Both the position numbers and the translations under genes were made by a program. This document shows positions 27,200 through 40,964 of a stretch of 64,000 nucleotides of DNA, one piece after another. The DNA comes from Octopus sinensis (taxonomy: Eukaryota). The notes under the pieces are model-generated. The model worked only from the letters and a program-made list of their open reading frames with translations, was not told where the DNA came from and ran no database searches. How positions within the stretch are numbered: the stretch's first letter is position 1; the number at the start of each line of letters is the position of its first letter. The stretch is from the NCBI RefSeq assembly GCF_006345805.1, contig NC_042999.1:92876001-92940000 (forward strand), given 5' to 3'.

Positions 27200-28170
27200 G
27201 AAGAAGTTCACCGAAAGCAATCTTCTTGATCAGCAAATCTTTCAACTGTGTCTAGCTTGCAAATATCGTATGCGTACTTCACACCTATCCATTCATCACT
27301 TATCTTTCCGATTAGAAGGTTTCTATCAGACTGCACTGTCAGACTGTACTTTCTCTCTCACCATCAATCAACTTCACTGCTCTCTTAAGCTAGATTCTCT
27401 CCTTCAGTGTTTCTCCTCTATACAACAATAACCTACTTGCCATAATTTCCAGCAGCACCCAAACTCATTTTGATAACAAGAACATTTATTTCTTCATAAC
27501 CATACATTATTCATACGCAACCTATACACCACACTCTAAATCATAACTTACTCCGTAAACGGAAACCGTGAGAGCCAGCTGCATTTGAGCCATATCATCT
27601 TGTCTCTTTGAACAGCGAGAACTGGAAATTTGCTCATATCAAGAAAACAATACTTCATCACCCTCTTCTAAATATGAATAGCACCCGGCTAAAACCCTCA
27701 CCATCGCTTCAAAAGATGGCATTTTTTTATCACTGACTAAATGTATCCATAGCTGAGTTTGCATTGCATCGCAGACACCAGCGATTTCAGTTACAAATAA
27801 TTACTGGCATTATACAGGGCTCCAGTGAGTCTCACAATGAAATAATGATCATTTATCTGGTACGGTGCTGCAGCTATTGTAATCCTGGAGCACATAGAAA
27901 AATAGAAACAGGAGCTTCTTAACTAATTGGCACACTATTAGGGCAGGGCACATTCCAGCATTTCGCCCATAGGCCTGTTGTCTTTTCGCTGTTTCTTCAA
28001 TATTTAACTCTATATCTACAATATTTAACTCTATATCTCTGATCCGAACCGTTCATCTTCTCGGTAACCCTAATGCGTCCAACCCTCTTTCCTCTTACTA
28101 TCACTTTGCTCAATTCTCATCCTCACGAAAACAGTCCCTCTGGAATCTCCTACTCTTTTATTTCTTTACT
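27200..28170 (+). mobile_element. Old CR1/L2-like LINE RT/3' relic
   Basis: FLLYNNNLLAIISSSTQTHFDNKN at about 27410-27485 resembles LFLLYINDLL...IHSFADD; SLWNLL at about 28135 resembles the LWNSLP end motif. Confidence 0.4.
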
Positions 28171-28544
28171 GCAATTATTCACTTGCAGCAGTTTACATAA
28201 TACGCAGACACACGCACACAGACACACATACATAGAAACCCCCCCCCCCCACACACACATGACTGTATGAATGTATGTCTCTCTCTTTCGTGGATGTATA
28301 CGAACAACGTTGAAGAGACAGGAAGATATCTTGACAAAATAACACTCTCTCGAGACAATTGTTTAGCATCGAGTTAGATACGACAGTGGTATCTTACCAA
28401 TATAGCGAACCGTTAAGTCCTCTAACGAATAATGCCCTCCTTCAAAAATTACCGCATAAAACACAAGATAAAAAAGTAAAACCATTAATGATAATGATAT
28501 ACTATAACATATATTTATTATTTTTTATCTATTACATGCTTCAG

Positions 28545-28908
28545 TCTTTGGACTGCGGGTATGGTGGTGTTGGTACAACCTTTTCAACGATTTAGTCGAA
28601 TAAATCGACCCGAATACTTAGTTTTTAAACGTAGTACGCATTCTTGTCTCAATCTACTGCCGAAACGCTAAGTTACGAGTATCTAAGCAAAGCAACACCA
28701 ACTGTGGACTAATGGTGCGAGACGGACACCCACCCACACACACATCTATACGACGGTCTTCTTTAAGTCCTGTTTACCAAATCCACTCACAAGGATTTAG
28801 TCAGCCCGTGGTTAGTAAAAGACACTTACTTAATGTTCCGTGCAGTAGAACTGAACCCAAGACCGCACGGTGTTGAAAGCAATTTTCTAAGCCACACTTC
28901 CACTCCTA
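28545..28908 (-). mobile_element. SINE family 1, near full length, diverged
   Basis: Reverse complement shows the head (GGAGTGGAAGTGTGGCTTAG...GGGTTCAGTTC), body and tail in the same order as 89-507. Confidence 0.8.
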
Positions 28909-30352
28909 TAACTGTAAGGAGAAAAATATTATGCGATATAAAGCTTTTGGCTGCTCCCTCAGTTGATGGAAAACCTATTTGTCTTTACACACGTGAAGGT
29001 ACATTAACATTCACTAGTTCATCTTTCAGTTACAACGTCAAATTTTACATCCCCAGACACTCTTTATCATAACTGTCGTGTAACAAATATTTATATTGAT
29101 TATACGAATTGTAGGTCGCGACATTAGAAGTAAGTATGTAAACGGCCCTCTCACTAAGTGTCTAAGAATATAAATGGCCCTATCTCTATGTATGTAAGTA
29201 TTCACTACGTTTTGCTATGAAAAATTATTTCTAAAACTAGCGATCTGTTTAATAACTGTATCTACGTTATAAGAGAAATCAAATTAATCAGATATTACTA
29301 AACTCCATTTAATGCTGTATATGTTTGTCCTAATGTTGAAATTTAATGTTTCCTAGCAACGTTACTGTTACTTTAATTTTGGAGAAATAAGCCCCTTTCA
29401 TTCTTTATTAATGGATAGCTCTCATCTATCCTTATGGTCGCTTTCTCTCACTAGGCATTTCTTTCACCGGCTCTCTTTCGCTGTTTACGTTTTCTCCTAC
29501 CTCATCATTCTCCTCCACAACTCTTCTCTTCGTCGTCCTTCACATCCACCTCTTTCTTCTCCTTCAACTCCTACGCATCATTCCAATCCATGTCTGTCTC
29601 TTTCATGAATTTTTCTTTATTTTCCTCCTCCGCCCCCTCCTCCTTTTCACCGACACCATCTTAAATCAAATTTGATTTAAAAAATACTAACAACAACAAC
29701 AACAACAACAACAAACAAGCAACCAAGTTTCTATGAAACTGACCGAAATACTGGTGATTGTTAGGAAGGCGTGGTTAGTAACATGTGGAAGAAACTCTGA
29801 TGCCGTCTGGCTGTTTATTAAAAGCATTTAATGCGGTTCGTCCTGCAATCATGTGACGGTAATTAATAATTCAATTAATTCTTCAAATGAAATTTAAACT
29901 AATTAGCCGATTATGAAATAGAAAAGGGCAGTTTGTTGTTGGAAATATTGCTGCCAAAAAACGTAATAATCTAATGGTTATCTCTTGGACTCCAACCAAT
30001 AAATATTTCCTTATCTGTTCTGTCGACATTACGATAACTATTGGGTTTAAATTTTTAACGAAAAACTTTATTGAAAAGTCTCAGAGGATTATGCAGATAT
30101 GGCAACTGACGTTTTGTCTCTTCAAATATTTTCTCATTTTATATAATGAGAATAGAAATAGAATCATCCATCCATCCATCATCCATCCATCCATCCATCC
30201 ATCCATCCATCCATCCATCCATCCTCTCGTACACAAGTACACATATGTATACACACACAAATACATATATGTGTGTTTTGTATGTATGTATGCATGTATG
30301 TATGTATGTATGTATGTATGTATGTATGTATGTATGTTTGTGTGTTCTGTTG

Positions 30353-30406
<54 letters not shown>

Positions 30407-30949
30407 TACATATATATGAGATGAAACATAATCGCAAGAGACTGATAGTGCTCTGCGTCGACAGCATTTGTTCAATTTACAAAAGGCAATAAAAACAGTA
30501 CAGTGAAATTGATGTCGGGAGCAATATTCAGTGTGTTGTACGCAGTTCTTCTTTAGGGTAATGTTGACAGGATAAACAAAAGAAAACTGAAGAGTTTTAT
30601 GTCGTCTTTGTTTGAAAAGCAGGCTCCAACTGATAAAGAACTCAAAACAACTTGAGCTTTATACATAGATAGGAAGTAGAAGGAGATAGAAACTACGTGA
30701 GAAAAGGAAGACAGAAGCGAAAAGAAGAGGAGAGAAAAGCAGGTAAATGCTAGTTAAAGGATAAAATTGAGAAGTACAGGTGGTGTGGGGTACGGAAGTA
30801 TAAGAATATGATGACTGAAGTAACAGAAAATAACATGTTTCCCAGTTTGTATATCAAATGTTGTTCCCTCCTTGAGTATGCGGAAGTATAGATGGCGGCA
30901 GCCTGTTTCCCCCCAATATATATAGCGAGGTAAAGCTTGTAGATGATGT

Positions 30950-31640
30950 AATACCTGAAGCTGGTTAATGTGCAAAAGAAGTATTGAATAATTTAGTGCA
31001 GTGAAATAGGACCGGTGATGGGTATTTTGTTATTATTGCGGGGGAAGGTATTTGGTCATCGGCTAACACGCTTAAAATTTATTGGTTTTGTGTGGCTGGC
31101 CGCTGTGACGCTTTTAGGGGTTGCTAAGAGACATATTTCGGTTAACGGCGGTCAGAAGTGTTGCATGAAAAATCGGAACAGTTACAAGTTTAGAAAGTAG
31201 GACTTGGAAGTTGCAGATTAGTTTGTCTTCCACTGGAAGAATGGACGAGTGAAAGGTGAGACGTAGTGGAATCAGGTCTGTAGATATACAAAAAGTTCTA
31301 AAGAAACCAGTGGTATATTTGGGAAGTATGTCCACAACAGATTGAGGGTATCCCCCGTTGAGACAGAAACATTACATTCTTTGACATAAATATTCGAAAT
31401 TCTAGCGAATGGTGCAGTGTCGGTGAAGCCGAAGGAACTGAGTGAACGGTGGAGTAGATTTATTGGGTTTAGGGTAAGAAGAAGAGCAGTAGAGACAGGT
31501 TTAGTATGCAGTCGGTTTGTAGTAAAGAGTAGTGGACTGGTAGATAGTGTTGCTAGCAATGGATATATTGAGAAATCACGGCGATGTCGAATGCACTGAA
31601 GGTGAATTCCACGACGTGGCGAAAAGCGTTAACAAAAGCG
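30950..31640 (-). mobile_element. Possible CR1/L2-like LINE relic
   Basis: Faint RT domain 0-2-like remnants only (e.g. LADDQ at about 31050). Confidence 0.25.
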
Positions 31641-31684
31641 ATAAACTAACCAAATTAGAGTTTGATAGATATGGTGCTCAGATA

Positions 31685-32058
31685 TCTTTATATATAAAAG
31701 TCAAGTGGTGTGTCTGTCTCCTACGGTTTAGATTCCTAACTACTCCCACATTTTGCGGTGCAGTTTAACGAAAACCGGGTATATTATAGTCGTGATTCAT
31801 ATCGAGCCCTTCTGGGTATTAGCGTGCGTCTACGATGAGTCTACGATTTTTTCATTTTAATGCATTTTTTCGCTATTATATAAGGGCAGTAACTCTCTAA
31901 AAATGTCTACGATGAGTCAACGATTAAAAAAAAAAATTACCATCATTTTCTTTCCATTTTGAATGCATTTTTTTGCTATTTTTGGGCTATAAATCTCTAA
32001 AAATGCTTATATAGTTATTTCCCTTACAAACCCGAGCAACGCCGGGCGATACTGCTAA
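31685..32058 (+). mobile_element. Non-autonomous Helitron
   Basis: Starts A|TCTTTATATATAAA, has hairpin CCCGAGCAACGCCGGG, and ends CTAA|T. The last 120 bp or so match 14068-14187. Confidence 0.8.
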
Positions 32059-33685
32059 TTGGGAATATAACGATTGTAAATTTCTGTGATGAGCTCATTG
32101 AATTGGACAAACATTTGCTCTTCAATGTAACCTACAAAGACGTTTGCATAATTGGAACCCATCATATCTCCTATAGCGACCCCGTTGACTTGTTTGGAGA
32201 ATCCGTCTTAGCGGAACATTGTGGTAGGCCTGGATACAAGTAGAAGTGGCTTATAGCAAGAGTTGAATGGTTTGATAAGTCATCGCTATGGGAAATGAGT
32301 CTAAAGGGTGGTGTAATTTCTTTGCTGAACAGGGCCTTAGATTTTCCAGGCATAAAAGGGAACGAACTGAGAAGTTTAAGTGCATGTTTAATGTCTTTAA
32401 AGTGTGAGGCTAAAACATCGACGTGGATATAATATTTTGTCAAGATAAGCAGAGAAGGTGGAAAGCCTCTAGAGAAATCTGAAGGCTTCCATGAAAAATT
32501 AAAAGAAAGGTCTTCAACGAGTACATCCCGCCAGTGATAATTTACTATAGTGAAACATGGTCTCTCAACACTACCATCATTAACGCCATCATCGTTGCCA
32601 AATATAACGGATCATGCTCGGTATCACATTGCGGAACAAGAAAGTAAACGCCTGAATATCAACACACGTGGATCAACAACATAAGAACCATGAAGGATAA
32701 CACATTGTTAAAGTGAAGTCGTTCAGAATCTGCGATAAGTGGAATATCTGAGGATTGTGAAAAGTAATTGAAGAGGTCGTGTTTTATAGAAATCGGCTAG
32801 CAGCTAAAGTTAAACAAACTCTATAGATGTGAATACAAACACATATAAATGAATATAATTACCATAATTACAGCTGTACTGAATATATAGGCTAATATTG
32901 TACTACATGGGAAAATGCGAGCATGAAAAGTAATATTCTTAACGCTATAAACCTGTAAAAGTAGTGGACAAACTATAACTTGAAGCAAAGAATAAGAAAC
33001 TTTTTACTTAAAATATTGCAGCAAAGAATGTCAGTATTTCTAATTTATCACTCTTTACAGTTCTCATCTTTTAAATTTATTGTACAAAACTGTTCAGCTA
33101 ATTTGTAAGTTTGTCTAATTAGTCACTTTTTTCTGTATTTTAGATAGTAAATGAGCCAAATTCTACTTAAATAAGTATAGTGTTATTTGTAAACTCAAAT
33201 AAAATAAGTTTTAATATTCAAATTTTAATTTAAGATGCAGTCGAAATACAATAAGCGTTGACCAGCTCGCCGCCTTAGAAAGCAAACATTGATTTTAGAA
33301 ATATATTATTTATTATTCTTATAACATATTCTTTATTATTCTTACTTACTGACAGGAAATTTACCTCATAACTTATTCGCTATTATTCTTACTGACAGTA
33401 AATTTACCTAAACTTTATTGGTACTACGTTTTCTTCAATGTGACTAGTGATTCTGAATTCCTCATGCATTTTCCTATCATTTAAGCCTACGAAAGGTATA
33501 GTTTTAATTTAAAATTAAAAAGTTTATGTTAATTGAAGGTGAATAGGTGCCTTACTTCCTCCCTTGAGGTCGCAGATATTTCGATGTAACTTTTTTTCTC
33601 CTGAACCAAATCTCAAACTATTTATGCCAAAGTGTAGATGAGGAGGTATCCTCTCAAAACCTGTTAACAATTTGCAATACTGAGC

Positions 33686-34215
33686 GGTATCTCGTCTGCC
33701 GTCACGTTCAGAGTTCAAATTCCGCCGAGGTCGACTTTGCCTTGCATCCTTTCGGGGTCGATAAATTAAGTTCCAGGTACGCACTGGGGTCATTTTAATC
33801 GACTTAATCCGTGTGCCTGTCCTTTTTTGTCCCCTCTGTGTTTAGCCCCTTGTGAGTAGTAAAGAAATAGGTATTTCGTCTGCCGCTACGTTCTGAGCTC
33901 AAATTCCGCCGAGGTCGACGTTGTCTTTCATCCTTTCGGGGTCGATTGAATAAATACCAGTTACGCACTGGGGTTGATATAATCGACTTAATCCGTTTAT
34001 CTGTCCTTGTTTGTCCTGTCTGTGTTTATCTCCTTGTGGGTAGTAAAGAAATAGGTATTTCGTCTGTCTTTACGTACTGAGTTCAAATCCGCCGAGGTCG
34101 ACTTTGCCATTTATCCATTAAGGGTTGATAAATTAAGTACCAGTTGCATACTGTAGTCGACTTACTCGATTGCCCCCCCCCCACAAAAAAAAAAAGAATA
34201 ACTTCGGGCTTGAGC
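33686..34215 (+). repeat. Head-to-tail trimer of a 184-bp CORE-like SINE unit
   Basis: Units start GGTAT(C/T)TCGTCTG at 33686, 33870 and 34054; each has a B-box-like GAGTTCAAAT(T)CC. Confidence 0.9.
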
Positions 34216-34224
34216 CTAGAATAG

Positions 34225-34370
34225 AGAAAAAGCTTGCTTTCCAACCAGATGGTTCCGAGTTCAGTACCACTGCATAGCACCTTGGGCAAGTGTCTTCTAC
34301 TATAGCTTCGGGACGATCAAAACTTTGCCAGTGGATTTGGTAGATGGAAACTGAAAGAAATCGTCGTATA
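34225..34370 (+). mobile_element. SINE family 1 head and body
   Basis: Aligns with 110-247. Confidence 0.85.
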
Positions 34371-34398
34371 TGTATATATACATATGTATATATATGTA

Positions 34399-34478
<80 letters not shown>

Positions 34479-34483
34479 ATCTT

Positions 34484-34527
<44 letters not shown>

Positions 34528-35136
34528 CCTATCTATTTATCTATCTATCTATCTAAGTTTTGTCTAGCGAATGTTTTAAAAAAAGATGGGTGAATGTAGC
34601 AAGGATGGCACGTATGAATGACGAAGCCACCTTGAGCATAGTCCTATGAACCCAGAAATTGAAAACAGAGGGTTACCCACTTGCAAACAAATGTAGTAAC
34701 ATATAACAATATTGACCAAGGTTACCGTGGTCTTTTTCGTAGGCTTTTCTTCCCACGGATAAACCTTACTTGCTTTCCCCTTTACACCATATATCATAAC
34801 ACTGTGATACACGATCCCTATTGATCGTTCCTTTTTTTTTTCCTCTTCCCCCTTTTTTTTTCTTCCCCCTTTTTCTTCTTTTTTCATTTCTCTTTTCTTT
34901 TGTTCCTTTCCCTTTCTTTTTTTTTCTTTTATTCTTTTTATTTCTTATTCTATTTTTTTCTTTTTCTTTTTCTTTTTTTTTGTTCTTTTCTTCCCTTTTA
35001 CGATCCCTCTTGATCGAAAACCTATGCCACCCCCTTTTTTTCATCCCCCAAAAGAAAAGATCTACCTTGTAACTTGTCCCATCTGTGTGCAGCCCTGTGT
35101 GGCCAATAAAGAAACTTATCTATCTATCTATCTATA

Positions 35137-35206
<70 letters not shown>

Positions 35207-35208
35207 CA

Positions 35209-36000
35209 AAAGGGTGAAATATAATTAATTTAATAAAATCAATAAATTTCACCTGATAGTTTTATCGGTATGGAAAAGACCATATTTGGTAAGGATTATA
35301 TTAATTATAATAAAAGGTTAATTGCAACAAGTTGCTCAAAACCACATACCGAAAATATTAGAAATGGCAGCTAAACAGATCACCATTTCTCCTACTAGTA
35401 AAAAAGTCTCCACAAACAAACAGAATTTGCAACCCGTATATGGCAAAGAGAAAGAAAATAACGAAATCCCAGCCTATTGGATTAATTGTAGACCAAATCG
35501 TTTCTAGATTAGAACCAAAAGTTCATTTCCTTGTCAATATAATATTTCCTATAAATCTAGAAATGCTAGTAAAAATCTCACCCATTACACCAGCTTGATC
35601 AGGCGACATCGAACGATCTAACGGTCCGCCAGCATCTCTACATTTATATAGACTGGCGAATTCGTGTCTCCCTCCAAAATTACCACGTAAGTTACAAAAA
35701 CATTACCAACAAAACGAAGTTTCGCAGATTTATTGTATGGGAGTAATAGTATTCAGTATACAAAAAAGGTGAAATATAATTGATTTAATAAAATCAATAA
35801 ATTTCACCTAGTAGTTTTATCGGTATGGAAAAGACCATATTTGGTAAGGATTATATTATTACGGGTTGCAAATTCTGTTTGTTTGTGGAGACTATTTTAC
35901 TAGTAGGAGAAATGGTGATCTATTTGGCCGCCATTTCTAATATTTTCGGTATGTGGTTTTGAGCAACTTGTTGCAATTAACTCTTTATTATAATTAATAA
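35209..36000. repeat. Direct plus inverted modular repeat (A-B...A-B')
   Basis: A at about 35209-35303 repeats directly at about 35765-35858. B at about 35300-35438 reappears reverse-complemented at about 35860-36000. Confidence 0.9.
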
Positions 36001-36805
36001 CCAGCGTAACTGGCTGCGTTTTCCACAGTCACTTGTATAATTAGTATCTATCCCACAGAAACTCAGTGTGATACAATATGATAAGATTAAATATTTTTAC
36101 TCATTCATACAATGATACAATGTAAAGAGAAATATTGTACATAATCTACACCAGCGTTAGAGTAATACTTATGCATTTTTTTTCTATTCGATCCCACAGA
36201 AATGAAACGAACAGCTCGCTCTTGCCGATATTGACTCAAAGCGCCAACATCTGGAACTAAAATCACAAGTTACCCAATGTGCCAACTTTTTTCGTGAAAC
36301 ACCGTGTTTCGTATTAATAAAGTATTCGTGTTTCATTATAGTGTTTGTTCACTGTAATGCGTATAGTACTGAGAAGCGAAACTAACGTATTAGTTACAAA
36401 ATACCAATCTCTTCAGGCTGTTTGTTTTTATTATTTTATTTCCCAATGCTATGACTTTATGACGTAGTTAAGTTTTAAAACATCCACGTGACTTTTCAGA
36501 TTCCAATCTTAGAGGATTAAATATTTAGCCAAGAGCAAATCCCGAACTTGTGCAAACAACCGATTATCTCTTACATTTTGCATACACGTACAAACTTGTA
36601 TATATATATATCTACTGACATGTTTAGTAGAAGGCACAATCATTTCAGCTGATACATATACATACATACATACATACATACATACATGCATACAAGCATA
36701 TACATACATACATAATACATACATACATACATACATACATACATACATACATGCATACAAGCATATACATACATACATACATACATACATACATACATAC
36801 ATACA

Positions 36806-36839
<34 letters not shown>

Positions 36840-37929
36840 CATACATATATATATAGATATATAATATGCTACCCATTTATTTATAGATATTAGTGAAGTA
36901 GTTAGCAAAGCTAAAGGATCTACGTAGATACTGTGGTCGTAATGTAGTTTTCTTCTATATGCATGCATGTATGTATGTATTATGTACGTATGTATATAGC
37001 TGTGTGTGTATGTATGTACATGTCTGTTAACGTATGACAATTTGTATGTATGTGTTTAAGTAAATATATGCGCGTGTGAGTGTATGTGTGTGTGTGTGTG
37101 TGTGTGTGCGTGTGTGTGTGTGTGTGCCTGTGTGTGTGCGTACATAGCTCGGTCAGTCAGATATTCTGCGTTGGTGAGCGGCCATTGGAACACCACTGAA
37201 AGAGAGGCCAACTCCGCTTTTGCTAAACTATATCTCCATTGCAAGGTCACTCTGATATAAAACCAAATATACAGGAAATGACAGAGAATTTTGGGTATCT
37301 TAATGGGCTTGCGATCAAGGCACTCTCAAACGCACTCGAAAGACTGCGACCAATATTGGCACTTGATATAATCGACGTGCTTGATATTTTGACGCAGCTT
37401 GTTTGTGGTCCATGTCAAAAGAATGTTGAAACTAAAATCCTGCACAAATATTGCTGACATTTCGCATGGGAATTACTGCCTATCGTTTATCTTTACACAA
37501 GCACACATGCATGCATACATACATGCATACATGCATACATACATACATATATGCACACATACGAATTCCAGAATTTTAGCATTTATCAATATACGCACAT
37601 GTCTAGACTTGCAACTATATGACTGAGAATGTATATGTGATCCCGCACATGCACTGACTCCAAATATTGCAAATTTACAAACAAACATGCACAAAAAGCC
37701 TGTTGATATTGTTGAAATTCCAATGTTGAAATCCCCTATTGGCAAGAAATCTCGAAATAAACTGAATAGACAGACAGACAGACAAACACTCGCTCACACA
37801 GAAATATACAGCTATTATATTATAAATACACATACGCATCTATGCATAGATACGAATAGACAATCTCAGTTCCTTCCGACATCATTTTAATCGCTATAGA
37901 ATTTGTATGAGGGGAAAAATATTCCATAA

Positions 37930-38170
37930 AGATTGCGAAAATAACACTAGCATTAGATTTATAATTCTCCCAAATCTTGGTACCAGAGATATATGACTGC
38001 TACAACACTAAGAAATATTTAACAGCATTCCAAAACACATAAGAGATGGAGCAGACACCATAACATTTAAACGGTTACTGCACAAATTCTTCCAACAATT
38101 TACGGACAGACCACGTACATTCGGAATATCTCTGCAAAACAATAACTCTTTACTGGAATGGGCTAGTTAC
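37930..38170 (+). mobile_element. 3' end relic of a Jockey/CR1-group LINE
   Basis: IFNSIPKHIRDGADTITFKRLLHKFFQQFTDRP resembles the LFNSLP..IRN...FK..LD.FL..IPD.P end motif. Confidence 0.55.
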
Positions 38171-40875
38171 GTAATGCATAAGAGAAATATGAAAACCAAA
38201 TGTCTTTCCCAGGTGGTATTTGAATGTTTCTCATGACTTGGAGCAATACTGGCCAAAGTCTAAGTATCTAATTATATATGTATGTACGTAGGAATCTATA
38301 ATTTTATGCTGAAAGCTTAGAAGCCAGCACCGTGTATCGGTTAAAGAAAATAGTCTTCTATTGGATCATAGAAGCCCCCCTCCCGCCTCAACTGAAAAAA
38401 GTAGGTTTTTGCAAGAACGGGAATCGAGCCAGCATCTGTTTTACTCGCTGTAATTGTGCTAACCGATTTCACAAATGTACCCACTCGCTTGCCTCCGTTA
38501 GATTTAAGAGCTATAATTTCATAGTATTGTTCTTTAAAGAAAGATATGCGTTTTCAGAGTTAAAAGGAGAAATGTTGACGAGTGTGATTTCTGTAAATGA
38601 TAATAATTATTATAAGTTTAAAGCTTATAATAGATCACCATGCCCCGTGTAATATAATTTTGGAAATAAAGCTGCAGAAATCTGCAATCTAAAATACGAG
38701 TAACTAGAATAAATGTATTCTAATGAATATAACAGATAATTAGTCATTGATTAACTTTCTAACCACACTGAAGTTTATGCTTGGTAATAGAAGTGTGATT
38801 AGGCTGACGTTTATCCTGAAATTTATCTCGAGTTAACTATACTAGATACAATATTTAAAAGCTTACTATACCTATACAGAAATATTTTATCATTCCACAT
38901 GACTCAACAGCGTACGCCATAATATAGACTTGGCATGAAAATGAATTTACATTAGATTTTTGAAATGTTTGTTATTATTGTTTGGATCCAGGGGATGCAA
39001 AAGTATGGCAAAATTATTTTAGATATATAACCTGGCTTTCTGTATATCTAGAACTATATTTCACTCTTAGGTTTTTATTTCTTTAAAGATACAAGTGTGT
39101 GGATTAAATGGGATTTGGCTGAAACCTCTTTCCAGATTGCGACTAAGTATAGACCCTTGTCTGTTGTTTTAATACATATTACAAATAGTTACTCTTTCAG
39201 ATGGTGGCCTTGTTGGCGGTGTCATTACTATTAAAGTTGCTGCTATGATACATGCTGTTACTCCTCTTTTGCACCTGCTTTTGGAAATGATAGTTGATGT
39301 TACAGCTGCTGCTGCAAAATTTGTAACTGCTGCAAAATTTTCAACTGCTGCCAAAATTCTTGTTGCTATTTGTGCTGCTGCTGTTGTCGAACAGTTACTG
39401 CCAATTCCTTACTGCTGACAAACTTCAATATTTAACTGAGTTACAAGGTTATAAATTTGCTGAGAATTGGCTTCTCTCCAGTACATTACTGCTATTATAT
39501 TACATAGTGCCCAATGAGTTTATTACCAGAGACAATCTCAACTATATTACATACAGCAGAGTGCATAAATATTATGTTAACTGAAATATGGGTCCCTGCA
39601 GGCAAAAAACAATAACACGAAAGCATTTACCTATAACATTCCTCGTGTAACGTATCTACAATCTAATGTAACGATCAAATGTGAGGATTCATTCATTCGT
39701 AGCAGTTTTGATTCCAAGAAATAGTAGCGAAATATTCTATAAGCAAAAGTTTTATTTTGAATGAAATAGGAAGATAGGAACGGCAACACATTCGCTAATA
39801 TATCTCAATATGGCGAATCATCAAAATTTTATTGGTCGTCGAAATTTAATTAGAAGATGCGTCATACAATTATCTATTCAATTTTCATGGACAGAGAGCT
39901 TAAATATGTGACATTTTCAAGTTACAGACTCATATGCATACAATAAATACAAGCAACAGAAGCAACACAAGCAGTTATTAAGATTTTAGAGTTAATGATT
40001 AAATGTAGATTTTTATTTTATATTATGTCCATCGTGCAGGATATGGCAAGCCATAATACATGAAATTAAAGTATTTTAGCCAGTTGGTAGTTCGAAATAT
40101 CTTAATAAATATGTATGGGAGTGTCTGCTACAATGTATCAATTCTAATGTTTTATTCAAAAGGGTGGTAGCAGAATATACTTTCCTGACAAGAGCATTCT
40201 GCACTAATTAATATAGGGTAGTCACTTGTTCTATAATTTCAGAAAAGCTATATGCAGATTTGATAAGATGTCTTTCTGAACAAATGTATACACATGTTGC
40301 AAGGAGTTTTGTTTACAGGCATATTCAGTAATACTTCTCTTTTTATCTTTTAATTCTTACATGTTTCAGTTATCACACCCTCGTTCAGCTGGAGCACCGT
40401 GTGAAGCATTTAGAGCAAATAAGTTGATTCCGCTCTTTATCTTTTAGAGTGATCCTAATTCTATCTATCGAACCGGTATGTTACAGGCATATGAACAAAC
40501 TAACGGCACCTGCCAAGATGAGTCACAAACACATAGACGCACAGACACAGAGAAACACACACACACACACAGAGAAAGGTCTGATATATATATATATATA
40601 TATATATACATTTGTATATATGCAGATATATGTACGTATGTATGTATATATATATATATATATATAATATATATATATATATATAATATATATATATATA
40701 TATACATATATATAAATGTGCATATTTAGGAAAACCACTAGGTGGATAACCGTACGCTAGAAGAAGATCACATGCGATCTAACTACAAAGAAAAAATGTT
40801 CTCCAGAGAAAATTCAGCGAACTCCAGAACACAAGCGGGCAAGACATATGAAAATTAAATAAAAATCAAGAATTA

Positions 40876-40951
40876 ATCGTATACCGGTTTCGTCTGTTAC
40901 CGAATAAATTACTTACGTAATCCTTTGTCGCGCAGAATTCGTCAGTACGAT
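40876..40951 (-). ncRNA. Type I hammerhead ribozyme motif with an extended stem II domain
   Basis: AUCGUA-CUGACGA-A-UUCUG-[36 nt including AUUAC-GUAA-GUAAU]-CAGAC-GAAA-CCGGU-A-UACGAU: perfect 6-bp stem I, intact core, palindromic ACCGGU, GUA triplet. Confidence 0.75.
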
Positions 40952-40964
40952 CGTTCCAATTTCA

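Noticed and set aside
33686-34215. Regularly spaced repeats superficially like a CRISPR array
   Set aside because: The entire 184-bp unit repeats with no unique spacers, it is SINE-derived, and the context is eukaryotic with no cas genes.
37239-37457. 72-aa non-repetitive ORF (IKPNIQEMTENFGYLNGLAIKAL...)
   Set aside because: No recognisable motif, weak splice signals, and a length expected by chance.
39190-39420. Ala/Val-rich open frame after an acceptor, with three CTGCTGC(C)AAAATT repeats
   Set aside because: Best explained as a degenerate (GCT)/(GTT) trinucleotide repeat.
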